Shown: positions 12,947-27,900, numbered from the stretch's first letter. The stretch: DNA of 64,000 nt from Eledone cirrhosa (GCA_964016885.1 OZ024756.1:21452001-21516000); one strand, 5' to 3'. Notes: generated by a model not told the origin, from the letters alone. Program-made: numbers and translations.

Positions 12947-13015
12947 CAGAAATAACAACACAAGCGGTACAGTATATGGAAAGGATATATTAGGTTAACG
13001 CTTGATATAGCAGGA

Positions 13016-13036
<21 letters not shown>

Positions 13037-13061
<25 letters not shown>

Positions 13062-13250
13062 AGATTCAGGACCCCGACGGCTGAGCTCTGGTCGTTTCGA
13101 CAGCTAGATCTGAAATAGCTGTCGAAACGGCCGGAGCTCAGCCGTCGGTGTCCTGAATCGTTTCATATTACCCACTCTACTACCACCAAGTATCGAGTAC
13201 TCTGGTGGGTTATGGTCCACCTGGTTTTTAACGACACCCTATCTGATGTA
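13037..13250. mobile_element. Family C fold-back element in a TA tract
   Basis: gattcaggaccccgacggctgagctc..gtttcgacagcta vs tagctgtcgaaacggccggagctcagccgtcggtgtcctgaatc. Confidence 0.85.
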
Positions 13251-13420
13251 TATATATATATATATATATATATCAGATAGGGTTTGCTTCATGTATGTGT
13301 GTATATATATATATATATATGTGTATAGATACATACATAAATCAATCATCGTGTACACAGTCTATCTCACGGTCTTTTACAAAGCGCAGAGAAGATATAG
13401 TTAACTTAAAGAATGAGGTG

Positions 13421-13592
13421 TTATGAAATACAGTGAAGATACTTGAAGGGGGAAAAGAACTTTCCATTGGCCGCTATGAGGAATCGAAGCCCATAGCTTC
13501 TAGACACTGGTTAGTGTTGCGGTTAGATCCCTTATAGCGGCTGATAGCAACTTCTTTTTCCGCTTTTAAGGTTCTACACCCTATTTTGTAAG
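13421..13592. mobile_element. Old MITE-like fold-back with ~70-bp diverged arms
   Basis: ggaaaagaactttccattggccgctatgaggaatc vs gatcccttatagcggctgatagcaacttctttttcc. Confidence 0.6.
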
Positions 13593-14349
13593 CGATTTTA
13601 TAGCATCTCCGCGCATGAGCACATCATTCTTTATATTAAATATATATTAATATTAATTTTAGAGAGTGCAAATGAAACTATTCATGCATACGTCAAATAT
13701 AAGCGTCAGCTTTTTCTAGCCTATTGTTCTATTTCTACTTCTAAAATTTATGAATTTTATCGATTCAGAAACCACGAACATTAATTCGAGATATGAACAG
13801 AAATAGGACCAAACTACACGCACACGCGCATATATGTAAACAAATAAATTCAGATATACCCGGAGAAGCATTGGTATTTCATAAAATTCACAATATAATT
13901 TTGCACACATCACTAACTGATAAATAAAACAGAATCTCAGTGCATTTTCTCCTGACATTGAAGTCAGAGTAACAGTTTTACAATGAATTCTTTTTGTGAA
14001 TAAATGTCTCAAACGGTTTTCTTGGGGAATTTGTGTATATTGAATAATAGATAACAGGTTTTAAGAATAAAGCATCCAGATAAAATTTTAGATATACCTT
14101 TCTTCTACTTTTATATATTCAATATATATTTCCCTGCTTCTCAATTTAAACATCTCCCTCTCACTTGATGTGTGTGTGTCTCGTTATTCCCCTTTCTCTG
14201 TTTTATCTCTCGAAATAATTTATGCAAAGCTTGTTGTTGTTGCTCTTACAGCTCACATCTATGCAGGTCTAGCTAGCCTCCACCAAGGTATATCTCGTTG
14301 GAGGTGTCTTGGATAATTCAATGATAGGGACCCCCAGTCCTATCATCTC

Positions 14350-14708
14350 ATTTCTACAGCTGAGTAAACTGTAACAACGTGAAATAAGTATCTTGCTCAA
14401 GGAAACAACACATCACCCGGTCCGAGAATTGAACTCACAACTCACAACCTTTCAATTGCAAGCCTAATGTTCTAACCACTAAACCATGCGCCTTCACTTA
14501 TGCAAAGCTTGCAGAGCGTCGGACAACATGCTTTGCGGCATATCGTTACGTTCCTTTGTTATGAGTTCAACACGCACCGAAGTTGGCTTTGCCTTTCATC
14601 ATTATGGGGTCGATAAAATAAATCACCAGTGACGGACAGGGGGTTGATTTAATTAACTTTCTCCTCCCCTAAAATTGTTGGCCTTGTGCCTAAACTATAA
14701 ACCATTAT
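14350..14708. mobile_element. Head-to-head diverged SINEs (family 2 on minus, family 1 on plus)
   Basis: gaattgaactcac..ctaaccact on the left; gagttcaa..gcctttcatcattatggggtcgataaaa on the right. Confidence 0.7.
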
Positions 14709-14755
14709 ATTATGCTGCATCTCTCTCTCCCTCACTTGAAATAATAAGGAAAAAG

Positions 14756-14792
14756 TTTTAACATTTCGGACACTAGTCCATCATCAGAAGAT
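14756..14792 (-). ncRNA. Minimal hammerhead (family H), diverged
   Basis: Reverse complement: tctt-CTGATGA-t-ggac-tagt-gtcc-GAAA-tg-TT-aaaa; homologue of 22921-22956. Confidence 0.6.
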
Positions 14793-14871
14793 AGCGAGAA
14801 ATAAAACCTAGAGTAAGAAGGAACGTAAATAATGAGAACAAACACATGCGTGTTCTATTAGCCTATGTTGA

Positions 14872-14914
<43 letters not shown>

Positions 14915-15363
14915 GGTCTTCCACAAACAACCTTGCCTGGACTTGTGCCTTGGAGGAAAACTTTCTAGGTGCAAATCCCCTGCGACTTCACAGAACTTAT
15001 GTTTACCGAATTCGCAGACCCCTTCTTCCTCCCGTTAGACCTGTGCGAAATTCCTTCCTTGCTCACATTTCAACCAGCTTTGATGGTCTTTAGTCTCTCG
15101 TTCACGATTTCACCGAGTTTATATTCATAGAAATCTAGGACTTGTCTCTTTCTTCTCACTTTCTGTTGCTTAAACCATTTTGTTTGTTCACCCCAGCGTC
15201 CCCTTTATTTACGTGTCCCAACGACTTTTTTTAGCCGTTGTTCGCACCAACCTGAGGTATATGGCCTTTAAAGTGATGAAATGCCTAGGACGGTTGGAAG
15301 GCCACTGACGAAGGACTTACTTTTTCATATGTAACCCATTTGCAACGCCGCAGCTCCATTATT

Positions 15364-15404
<41 letters not shown>

Positions 15405-15586
15405 TAAACTTTGATGTAATTGAATTCGAGAACTCAACATATATTTTTCCACATAGTAATGACAGGATATGTTTAGAATAAGGAAATACAAAGTAGGCAT
15501 TCGCTTCATGAACATCGTGTTTTGTAAGGTCCTTAGTCACTTCAATTTCGGATTACCTCCTTGAATGTAACCGTATTATGCAAAAA

Positions 15587-15661
15587 GGTGTCTGATGAGA
15601 TCCTGGCACTGGGTACTACGCAGAATCACGTGGCCACTCTCGTCATCGAAATATGTACACC
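15587..15661 (+). ncRNA. Degenerate hammerhead candidate
   Basis: ggtgt-CTGATGA-gat...atc-GAAA-tatgt-acacc; stems I and II close, but the cleavage-site register is off by one. Confidence 0.4.
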
Positions 15662-15865
15662 GGCCTTATCAATAAAGGACTTTAACATCTAAACTACTCT
15701 GTAATTCCTTATTCTCTCTCTCTCTCGGTCTCTCTGTCTCTCTGTCTGTCTCTCTCTGTCTCTCTGTCTGTCTCTCTCTCTCTCTGTCTCTGTCTTTCTG
15801 TCTCTGTCTCTTTCTGTCTCTCTGTCTGTCTCTCTGTCTGTGGTATCTCTCTCTCTCTCTCTCTC

Positions 15866-15973
15866 AACCGTATTTCCCTGCGTCGAAGACGCTTCTCTTT
15901 TCCTAAAATAAGTTAAAAAATCTACCATGCATCCTGGAGGACGAATCGTTGTTCGGCGCCGGGAAATACGGTA
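15866..15973. repeat. Short fold-back between (CT)n and (TA)n
   Basis: accgtatttccctgcgtcgaa ... ttcggcgccgggaaatacggt. Confidence 0.65.
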
Positions 15974-17171
15974 TATATATATATATATATATATATATTC
16001 TCTTACACTGATATTATATGTATTGAAATACGACTAAATAAATGTCATAGTTGACCTGAGCGGAGAGATACAAAATAGATATACTGATGCATTTTATTCG
16101 AGGAACTAAATACTGCCAATTCACTCCTTTATATCATATTGAATTATTTAATCTACGCAGTGCACTAATCTCACTCTGAGCCCACATGGAGCGTTACGTT
16201 CGCTTGTCACTGAAACAGAATATTATTGTTGTGCAAATTAGCAAAACAGGAATAACAATAGTAATAATAATAATAATAATAATAATATATATGGAAGAAC
16301 AGAAAATAAAAGATGGCCATACATCTAATCAATTGTTCTTTTAGAATGTGTTTTTGAAGAAATGCAGTTTCTATAAGATGCCTGCAGGCACCAAGCAATG
16401 TGAGAAGCTGGCGCCACTTCTATCAGTTCTGTGATAGAATATTTGAAGCGTTGAGCTTAAAAAAAAAAAAAAATTTGGAAATGCGGTATGGAGTAAAAAC
16501 GAAAACAATGAAAACATCGCACTGTGTGTATGTGTATGTGTATGCATAGAATGAAATTCACACTAACGCACATGCACATATACGCTCGCATACACACACA
16601 TACACACTCACATATATGCACACATACACACACGCATACACACATATATACACATACGCACTCACACTCACATGCACACACACACACACACCCACACACG
16701 CAAATGCACACTCATACACACACACGCGCATACACACACACGCATACACACACACGCATACGCACACACGCATACACACACACGCATACACACACACACA
16801 TACACACACACGCATACACACTCACTCATTCATACGCACTCACTCATTCATACGCACTCACTCATTCATACTCACTCACTCATTCATACTCACTCACTCA
16901 CACACGCACACACACGCGCACACGCACACATGCACACACGCACACGCACACATGCACACGCACACATGCACACGCACACATGCACACGTACACACACACA
17001 CACACTCTCTCTCTCACCCTATAAATGAATATGTATGAATGTGAGAGAGGGAGGAGATGGTGATAAACACATAGATATATTGAGAGTGCGAAACAGAATG
17101 TGGGAAAGAGAGAAACACACATGGAGGCACATATCAGTGTGCGAGTGTCTTTCTCTGTGTGTGTGTGTGTG

Positions 17172-17217
<46 letters not shown>

Positions 17218-17584
17218 ACTATTTCCACATATTCATACATACATGTATTTTTATGTAATAAAATCGATAGAAAATGTATTGAGGTAGAAACTATTTTTTT
17301 TATTTTTTCGAATCTACAGAGTATAGGACATGTATATATATGTGTATATATACATATATATGTGTATATATACATATATATGTACATATATATATATATA
17401 TATATACATATATATTGTGTGTACATATTGCTATATATGTGTTTGTGTTTGCAATTCTATATATAGTGTATACACATATATTTATATTTGTGTGTTCATA
17501 TGTTTGTGTTTGCATTTCTATATAGTGTATGTATGTATATATATATATTATATATATATATATATACAAATGTTTTGTGTGTGC

Positions 17585-17621
<37 letters not shown>

Positions 17622-17635
17622 TATATAAACATTTT

Positions 17636-17671
<36 letters not shown>

Positions 17672-17818
17672 CATACATACATATATAAATGTTTTGTGTG
17701 TGTGTATATATAAATATATTTACATATACATACATATATGATTAAAAATTGCGGTTAACTTAAACATTGAGAACATTTGATATTTGAAACTATTGAAGTC
17801 AACGCCCAGAACTTCTAG

Positions 17819-18540
17819 CATACCTTCCGTTAACCCATCGCCACGCATACCTTCCGTTAACCCATCGCCACTCATACCTTCCATTAACCCATCGCCACTC
17901 ATACCTTCCGTTAACCCATCGCCACTCATACCTTCCGTTAACCCATCGCCACTCATACCTTCCGTTAACCCATCGCCACTCATACCTTCCGTTAACCCAT
18001 CGCCACTCATACCTTCCGTTAACCCATCGCCACTCATACCTTCCATTAACCCATCGCCACTCATACCTTCCGTTAACCCATCGCCACTCATACCTTCCGT
18101 TAACCCATCGCCACGCATACCTTCCGTTAACCCATCGCCACTCATACCTTCCATTAACCCATCGCCACTCATACCTTCCGTTAACCCATCGCCACTCATA
18201 CCTTCCGTTAACCCATCGCCACTCATACCTTCCGTTAACCCATCGCCACTCATACCTTCCGTTAACCCATCGCCACTCATACCTTCCGTTAACCCATCGC
18301 CACTCATACCTTCCATTAACCCATCGCCACTCATACCTTCCGTTAACCCATCGCCACTCATACCTTCCGTTAACCCATCGCCACTCATACCTTCCGTTAA
18401 CCCATCGCCACTCATACCTTCCGTTAACCCATCGCCACTCATACCTTCCGTTAACCCATCGCCACTCATACCTTCCGTTAACCCATCGCCACTCATACCT
18501 TCCGTTAACCCATCGCCACTCATACCTTCCATTAACCATC
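17819..18540. repeat. 27-bp minisatellite (cataccttccgttaacccatcgccact), ~26.7 copies
   Basis: Near-perfect units with two recurring variants. Confidence 0.97.
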
Positions 18541-21041
18541 TATGATATACAATTGTTGTTTTCTGGCAACCTATTGCATTCTTTAACTTGAAAAATGTCT
18601 TGAGTACTTAGCACTAGATGCCAGGCAGCCGACTTTGGTCTGATAGCTCAGTCAAAGAGACGAGATGCAGAATGACGTTTCACACGAAACGTGCCCATAG
18701 TCTTCGTCATTGAGTAACGTGAGCTAATACTGTAGATGTGTTGGCAGACAATTGGTATTAATGTTTCTCACAAGTATGGAAATACACTCTTGACAGGTGC
18801 AACGTGCCCGAACGCGCAAGAGCCGAACTCGCACCGTCATCTCCCCATCACTCTGTATAGTGAGCAAATAGGGTCCCACGTGCTGGTCGTCCCACAGCTC
18901 CGGCGGACAGAATGGAGAAGGCGTTTCCCAGGACGATGCTAAGGGAGATGAGCTGAAACAGCCATTGTGTCTGTCACCGCATCATTAACGATAGTGTCTG
19001 CAGATCAGGGTGGAGAGGATGTTTGTAGTAGTAGTAGTTGGCCTTTCCAGAAAAAAACTGGAAGAACATGCATTCAAGTCGGGTATGGTACTACACATTC
19101 AGCTGGTAGTTTACAACTGAAGCGATGTAGGTCCTTGCCATCTCCGCCCAACATTTGAGGGATAGCTTTCTCTCCGCCGATTAAAAAATGAAATTGGTTA
19201 TTTTGTTCTCTGCCCACGTCTAGTTTTTACCTATTTGGAGATTTGATCCAAACCAGTCTAACTCTGCTGTCTAGATAGCGAGGTGCGGCCCACTGACTTA
19301 TCTCGGTTAATGCACTATCCTATTAGTATTCTTCCGGTATTAAGTTGACTGCTTCTATATCTGACGTGTCAGATACCATGACTCAGTCAACGGCATACAT
19401 AGACACGGCTCTCCTTCGACAAGAAACTATTTTATTTACGTCACATGATATAGATGGAGACACATTTGATGGACGGGTTACAAAACTGCGCTGTTTTATA
19501 TTGACATCTGACAAATAAAATAGAGAAAACAATAGAAAATAATGTACATAGTATACAGATATGTGTTAGAGACTCCTTACATTAGAATTGCCACCTATGG
19601 TCAATATAGGAATCCCAAAGATGCAATGTTACTCTGATAGCAGAGGCTGTGCCTTTCTCATCTACCATCCCCCGGTCTACAAGCACATGCTGAGAAAAGC
19701 TACATTCATAGGGCTCTAATCACTATCATTACACACTTTTTGCTTCATTTCCTAAAGGGAAGTATCTCCCTTTTCATCTTCCTTTTCCTCTACAATGGAA
19801 CATGGAATTGTCAATGAGAGTTTGGTAAAAAGAGGAAGGGGTTTGTTTTCAGTCCTTCCAGTCCGCAATACAACCGGCTCTCCATAGCCAGCAGAGAGAT
19901 GTAAACCGCCTGCTCCTCTCGGCCAGAGGAATTCGGTGGGATGATCTGACCGAGCGATCTTACCGTGTGGTTCTACATGACTGACCACACTCTTCTGTAC
20001 CTGTATATTTTATCTTAAATCAATAATTTCTCCTCCACCTTCCATTAGCACTTCCAGAAATTTCTGGAAGTTCACCAAAATCCTCTGGTGGAGATCAACA
20101 AGTTTATTCTTGTCGACATTTAATTTGTTCCCGAAAACATTACCGATCTTCTGCATCACTAACGCCTCTATAGTATTTTAACTTAAAAATTTTATTGGAT
20201 GCCTTGACCAACCCCTACAGAAATATGATCGTCTTATATTATAGACGCCATGTTGGATTTTCACTTGAATCAAGATTGTTAAAGATACAAAGTGTGGAGG
20301 AAAAAAAATCGAGTCCGAAAAACGATGATCACACTTTCTCTTTTAAAAGTCTCGGGGTATTTAAGTCTGCGAATCATGAGCCCCGCGAAAATTAGTACGT
20401 TTCCTAAACGCCCCGCCAGGTAACTAGGGTGAAGGATCATTCAAATATTTCAAGGTCGTTTATTGCTAAACTGAACTCCACATAATTATTTTCCCAACTA
20501 GATAACATACGAGAAAATAACTTCTTCCCTGAAATGTGATATTATAATTGCAGACCTGACAACCTCGAAAAACCCAAGCGGGGTATACCATGAAAAAAAA
20601 AGGGCCCCATTCACACAAAAATACACACATTATGTGATGGACATGATGATGATGATGATGGTGATGGCGATGACGACGGCGTCGATGACGACGGCGACGA
20701 CGAGATTAAACTAGAAAAGGATGTTTAAAATATTTTAAAGCATTACATGAAACAATTGCAAATGAAACAAAAAATAAAAAAAAAATAAAAAAAACATACC
20801 AAACAAAACAAAATGCAATGAAACACATTGATCAATATAAATTGAAATACAGTTAAAACCATAACAACAACGGCAACATCAATAACAACAACGGCAGCAT
20901 CAATAACAACATGAACTACGCATTATTTGGTACCGTAGAAAATCAATGATTTAGAGGTAATATTAATTAACCCTAGCATTTTGATCTGCTGTCAAATGGA
21001 TAATTTTAAACATGGAGTAATATAATAATAATAATAATAAT

Positions 21042-21615
21042 AATTGTTTCTACTTTTGGCCCAAGGCCAGCAATTATTCTAGTACATTACTGGTACTTTA
21101 TTTTATCGACCCCGTAAGGATGAATGGCAAAGTGAACCTCGGCGGGATTTAAACTCAGACCGTAAAGGGACGTAACTATGCTGCAAAGCATGGCGTCCGA
21201 CCTTCTACCGATACTGCCAAAATAGCCTTAATAACAGTCAAAAGTGATAGCAACAACAACAATAGAAATGGCAGCAGGAACAGCAGCAACAACAGTAGCA
21301 ACAACAAATATAACTGAAGCTGCAGTAGTAGTAGCAGCAGCAGCCGTAAGTGCACAAACAAGAACAACAACATCAGCAAAACAACGACGTTGACAACTAC
21401 GACACCGGTGGCAACAAACTCAACATTATTTGGTGGATTGGCAGTATCGGTAGAGGGTCGGACGCCATGCTTTCCAGCATAGTTACGTCCCTTTACGATC
21501 TGAGTTCAAATCCCTTCGAGGTTAACTTTGCCTTTCATCCTTACGGGGTCGATAAAATAAAGTACCAGTAATGAACTGGATAATTGCTGGCCTTGTGCCT
21601 AAAGTAGAAACAATT
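21042..21615. mobile_element. Two family 1 SINEs in opposite orientation (21042-21220 minus; 21432-21615 plus)
   Basis: Both carry the B box and the gcctttcatccttacggggtcgataaaa domain. Confidence 0.88.
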
Positions 21616-22422
21616 ATTAACAATAACAAGAACGACAACTCTAACATCAGCAACAACATTAATAACAAGATCAACTCTAACGACAACAACAATACTAACA
21701 ATAACAACAGCAACAACAATATTAACAATAACGAGACCTAACAACAGCAATATTACCAATAATAACACTAACACTAACAATAACGAGAACACTAACGACA
21801 ACAACAACAGCAATATTAACACTAACGACAACAGCAACAATATTAACACTAACGACGACATTTTTAACAATAAGAATGACAACAACAACAGCAACAATAG
21901 TAACACTATCGACGACATTTTTAACAATAAGAACAACAACTATAACAGCAGCAATATTACCAACACTAACGACAACAACAACATTAATAATAAGAACGAC
22001 AACTCTAACAACAACAGAAACAATATTAACAATAACAACAAGTAGAATATGAGAGAGAAAAATAAAAGACGTCGAAAGTAATATTGTGTCTGGATTGACT
22101 TGCAATGCTTCATTTCACGGCAGCCATTACAACAGCCTAAAATGACTTCCGTTGTGCTGGTTGTATATATTTGTGAGTGTTTATTGTTACTGTTGTTGTT
22201 GTTACTGTTGTTGTTGTTATAGCTTGTGATGTTTCTTATTGCCTAGCATATGCATGTTGTTTTTGTTTAGTGCGTTAGATAGAGTGCCTTGTAGTGTTCG
22301 TTTCGGCACTCTGCGCTTTCTGAGTTCAAATACTGCCGAGGACAACTTTGCCGTTTATCCTTTCGAGGTCAATAAAAAAAATAGTACCTGTCTAGTACTG
22401 GGTCGATTCTCCCTCATCTCTC

Positions 22423-22471
<49 letters not shown>

Positions 22472-22616
22472 ACATATATATATACATATATATATCTATA
22501 TATACATACACACACACACATACACACACACATACACACATACATACATACATACATACATACATACATACATACATACATACATACATACATACATACA
22601 TACATACATACATACA

Positions 22617-22647
<31 letters not shown>

Positions 22648-22920
22648 GAGGCTGTATTGAGATACAAGGTTTCTAGCTTTTTTTTTTAAAACGTGGTGGA
22701 GCCCATCTCTCTAGGTCTATATATATATATATCAGGGCCATTATCTCTCAATTTCTATCTTTCTCCGGAAGAAATCTGCTGTATTTAGACCTGGAGAGAG
22801 GAGCTTCTACAATGTAGTATAATTTACGTTATATATATATATATATATAAAGGTCAACAAAGATAACCACACAATCGGTACAGTATATGGTAGGGATAGC
22901 TTGAAATAGCTGGAAGAGGG

Positions 22921-22956
22921 TCTTAACGTTTCGGACGCTAGTCCTTCATCAGAGGA
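22921..22956 (-). ncRNA. Minimal Penelope-type hammerhead (family H)
   Basis: Reverse complement: CTGATGA-a-ggac-tagc-gtcc-GAAACGT-T-aaga with ACGT palindrome; element tail cggtacagtatatgg also at ~12965. Confidence 0.7.
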
Positions 22957-24050
22957 AAGAAAACATTGAAGGGACTAGTTTGGTGGAATTGGAAAAATGT
23001 TTTTAAAGAAAAATAACAGGTCCATTCATGTTGCTATTTCTTGAAAAATTATATTGTTATATTTTGGGAGGGCCATACTGCCAATAAAAACACGCGCACA
23101 TGTTGGCATTTACTTCAATTTATTACAAATTTCTACTCATTTGGTTGCGTTTGTTTTTATTGGCAGCTTGGCTCTCCCAAAGTATAACAATATGTTTCAA
23201 TACTCGCATTCAGATAAGAAATACAAAAACGAAGTCTATATATACATGCACACACAGACTACAGCCGACGCTCTGGCAATCATACATGCACATACGCGCT
23301 TTTATGTATGCATGTATGTGTGTACCTATGTATGCTTGTATGTATGTATATAGGCTTAGATTTGTCTATGTATATATGCATACATGTATGCATGTATTTA
23401 TTCACATGCGTACTTATATAAGTAAGTATGTGCATACTTATTTATGTATGTATGTGCGTATTTATTTATGTATGTATGTATGTATGTAACATGGTGCGCC
23501 CATTATTTATGTTTTTCTTCAAAATCTCTTTATTTTTCATCCCCCTATAAATATAGAAGAGTAACTGTTTAATTTTTATATATTTATCGATACGTTCAGG
23601 CATTTTATCTTCTATTTAAGGTTATCTTTTCATTTTATTTTATTAGCATTTTACACACACGCGCATACACTCACACACACACACTCTCTCTCCGGCTCTC
23701 TCTCTCCATCTCTCTCCATCTCTCTCCATCTCTCTCCATCAAAATGGAAAAGTTCCATCTCTGATCTGATTAGGGTTTACTATAGGAAATAGTTTACATA
23801 TATACATATATATATATATAATTTTCTTTTGCTGGCGGGGTGCAGTTAAATTCAGTTAAGGTTTATTTAAAAGAAATAAACTCTTATATCATATACAGCC
23901 CCAGCATAACCATACAAATACATTGACTAGAATAGGTAATATTGTAAAAAAAGTATTGGAAATAATTCTCAATGATAATAATAATATAAGAAACGTAACA
24001 TTTCCAATTTATTTTTTTTGAAAATCTTACACAGAGTGAATAATAAATAA

Positions 24051-24082
<32 letters not shown>

Positions 24083-24278
24083 CTAAACTGGCCGCCTTTC
24101 TATGACAGTTCTAACTCTACTTTATAATACCTGATGATCGCTAGTCTTCCATTATATATATATATATATATATACACACGCACACACCGATAGATATCTG
24201 CGCACACACACATATGCACTTGCAGGCACACATACATACTGATGCACACATACATACTGATGCACACACACATACACG

Positions 24279-24317
<39 letters not shown>

Positions 24318-24703
24318 TAATAACAGCTAGCACAAAATATAGTTTTCTGATATTTGACTACATTACCAAACTTCCGATCAGGTCGGAAATAACACTAGAA
24401 AGATTCCTTATATATAAACTTCAAATAGATCGATGAATGAATACACACATGTATATGCATACATATATACACACAGCTATATACACTATATATACACACA
24501 GATATATATTCACACACACATATATATATATATATACACACACAGATATCTGTACACACCCAGATATACATTCACACACATATGCACATATATTCACAAA
24601 TATATATGCATATATATGTATAGTTATATGCAAATATATATATTTAAACACACACACACATATATATATATATATACACATATACATACAGAAACATATA
24701 CGC

Positions 24704-24734
<31 letters not shown>

Positions 24735-25595
24735 TACAGAGACATATACGCATATATATATATATATACACATATACATACAGAGACATATACGCATATA
24801 TATATATACACATATACATACATAAACATATACGCATATATATATACATATATATATACACATATACATACATAGACATATACGCATATATATATATATA
24901 TATATATATACATACATATATATATACACATATACATACAGAGACATATACGCACACACATATATATATATATATACATACAGACATATACGCACATATA
25001 TATATTTACACATATATATATATATACATGTATACAACGATATATACACAGATGTATACACCCATGTATACACGCATGTATACATACATATTTACTTGTA
25101 TTTCGTTATGTTACATGTAGTTTCCACCTGCTCCTCCTCGTGGTTCTAATTTGCCATCCGGTTGACCAACTTAGTTCTCTCCCTTTCTATCTTTCTCTCT
25201 CCCTCTGTCCCCCATCTGTTATAATTAGTTACAATATACAAATATACAAATACTTAAGTCTCGTTGGGTTATACACCGCAACTCATTCAGTTTGTTATAT
25301 AAGGAGGAGTTACCTCGTCCTATGGACTAAAGTGCTCTTACTCTTGGATATTTCTCCCAAACTGATACTGCAGTATGTATATATATATATATATTAGAAA
25401 GTGAGGTTTTTTTACAAAATGAAAAATAACCGAGGTGTCCTACACGAGTGAAAGTATAAAGAAAAACAGATGAAATCGAAAATGCAACTGGAGTCTTATT
25501 TTTAAAAATATCTATATATTTATTTGGTTCCTTTACCGGTTTCGCAGTTCTTCTGCTTTTCAAAAGTAGAGTTGAGATGGAGGGTCTGTGGTTTT

Positions 25596-25649
<54 letters not shown>

Positions 25650-25685
25650 CAAGGTCGATTGGTTAAGTCTTCATTTCTTTTATTG

Positions 25686-25772
25686 GTTGCTGACGCGCGT
25701 TTCGCTATTGAACAGCTCAAGGTTCGATTGTATCGACCTGGCCCGACTCTGGAATCAAAAGCTCGTCAGACC
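25686..25772 (-). ncRNA. Type-I hammerhead (family D) in a TA-flanked inverted element at ~25650-25860
   Basis: Reverse complement: ggt-CTGACGA-gcttttga...tcaatagc-GAAA-cgcgcg-TC; GUC triplet; 3' half repeated at 57488-57512 with acc complementary to ggt. Confidence 0.7.
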
Positions 25773-26554
25773 TCTGTTGTAGAAACGATACTGAGGTGAA
25801 CCTAAACATCGAGTACTCACCTGGGTGAACCTACAGTAACTTCGCGTTACAATCCCTCGATATATATATATATATACACCCATGCATCGTATTCTAGAAA
25901 CTCTATTTGGTGCATGTACCATGTAATCCCAAAATAACTGTCTAACGATTGGGTATCTGTAACTAAACCATACTCCCTTCACTAAAACTGATTGACCTAT
26001 GGGTTTCCACCATGAAAACTTAAAATCATATCAAACGGCGGAAAGGATTTCAAAATAACTCAACAGCAAAACATACTTGGAGAGAAAGGCATCACTGGGT
26101 TTTGTGCCTAATAAAAATAAAATAACAAAACACACATGGACTCACACTCACTCACTCACACTCCCTCGCACTCACTCACTCGCACTCACACTCACTCACT
26201 CACACTCACTCACTCACGCACTTACTCACTCACGCTCGCTCGCTCTCACCCACCCACCCACGCACGCACGCACGCACGCACGCACGCACTCACTCACCCA
26301 CTCACTCACTCACTCACTCACTCACTCACTCACTCACTCACTCACTCACTCACTCACTCACTCACTCACTCACTCACTCACTCGCACCCACTCCCACCTC
26401 TCACTCACTCGCACCCACTCCCACATCTCACTCTCACTCCGACTCTCTCACTCACTGATTCGGTGAGTTATGAGAAGTCAAAAGAATACTTCATTTACCG
26501 CTGTTTTTCTGTATCTCAAAGAAGAGTTGATGAATACACTAAAGAAGCAAAGAA

Positions 26555-27900
26555 AATGTCAAAACTATCCTACAATTCTTTTATATTTGGAACTTGGAAT
26601 ATACTTTATCAATTTGGAAAAATAAAAGAGCAAACCAATGATGGAGAGTTATTCTTAGAATATGATATGAATTGCTAAAACAAGATGGAAAAAAATGGAG
26701 AATTTATCACAATTAATGGGCATAAAATATGGTTTAGCAGGGAGTCAAGCAAACATGAAAAGGGAGCAGACTTCATGGAGCATAAAAGTACCATAAACAA
26801 TCTGTAATATATTGCCCAATGAATTCCAGCAGAGCATGCAGAATAACACTGGCATCTGAGCTCTAAAATGTCTTAAGCATCCAAATTTAAGCTGAAAATA
26901 GCGATTACAGAGACGCGGAGAAATTCTATGAGGATATAGAAAAACCAACAGGCGAACAAAACGAAAAGGGGGGAAAAAAGCAAAAACGAAACGAAAAAAA
27001 AAAAAAATTCAAGGTGAATTGAATGCAAATATTTGATCAGATGCGTATGACACATGGAAAGGAAGTTAGTAAATATGGCTCGGAAAATAATAGAAACTAC
27101 CAGCAGGAGAGGAATATTATTAGAATTTCCAAAACAACATCAACTAATTATAGCAAATACATTGCATCAGCACAAACTGTGAAGAACAGTATCACAGTAT
27201 TGCCCCAGAGGGATCTATAATAACCGGATCGATTTTAATCTCTTCCTAAATCGATTATAAATGGAGCTCAAATTCAAGTCTTTTCTTGTTGCAGATATAT
27301 GCAACGATCACGAACTTTTAATGATGACAATAAAAATTAAGCTCAAATCAGTGAAGAACGAAGGTGCAAAAATAAATTATAATACTAAAAAAATCTTATA
27401 GACCCGACCGTAATAGTAGAATTTAAAGCAGAGATAAGAAAATTTGCACAGTTATTATTAAATGCAAATATCCAAAGATGATCAGAAGCCTATCAGGGCG
27501 GTGGATTGGCAGTATCGGTAGAGGGTCGGACGCCATGCTTTGCAGCACAGTTACGTCCCTTTACGGACTGAGTTCAAATCCCGCCGAGGTTAATTTTGCC
27601 TTTCATCCTTACGGGGTCGATAAAATAAAGTACCAGTAATACACTTGGATAATTGCTGGCCTTGTGCCAAAAGTAGAAACAATTAGCAGAAGCCTTTGAA
27701 GAAATAACAACAATAAGAACATGAACAACAATAACAATTCTTGATGAATTAAAGAAAATTAAGAATGCTTGGATAAAGAAAATAAATGTTTTAATCAGAT
27801 GTGATGTAAAACAGAAACGGTATCAAAGAAGAGTGGAATATAAATTGGTCTACTAATGAAAATGAGAGCAGCGAAAGATGCATACATTGACAAACAAGAA
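26555..27900 (+). pseudogene. Decayed RTE-type LINE apurinic endonuclease region, interrupted by a SINE
   Basis: Remnants IFGTWNI, RWKKNGEFITINGHKIWFS, IDF, ADI.NDHELLMMTIKIKLK with many stops and frameshifts. Confidence 0.75.
27496..27684 (+). mobile_element. Family 1 SINE, near consensus
   Basis: gggcggtggattggcagtatcggtagagggtcggacgcc...gagttcaaatccc...gtagaaacaatt. Confidence 0.92.

Noticed and set aside
17819-18540. CRISPR array or repeat-protein gene
   Set aside because: Units are contiguous with no unique spacers, there are no cas genes, the context is eukaryotic, and there is no splice or unique-domain evidence.
24131-24137. CTGATGA as a hammerhead core
   Set aside because: Runs into a TA tract with no GAAA or closing stems.
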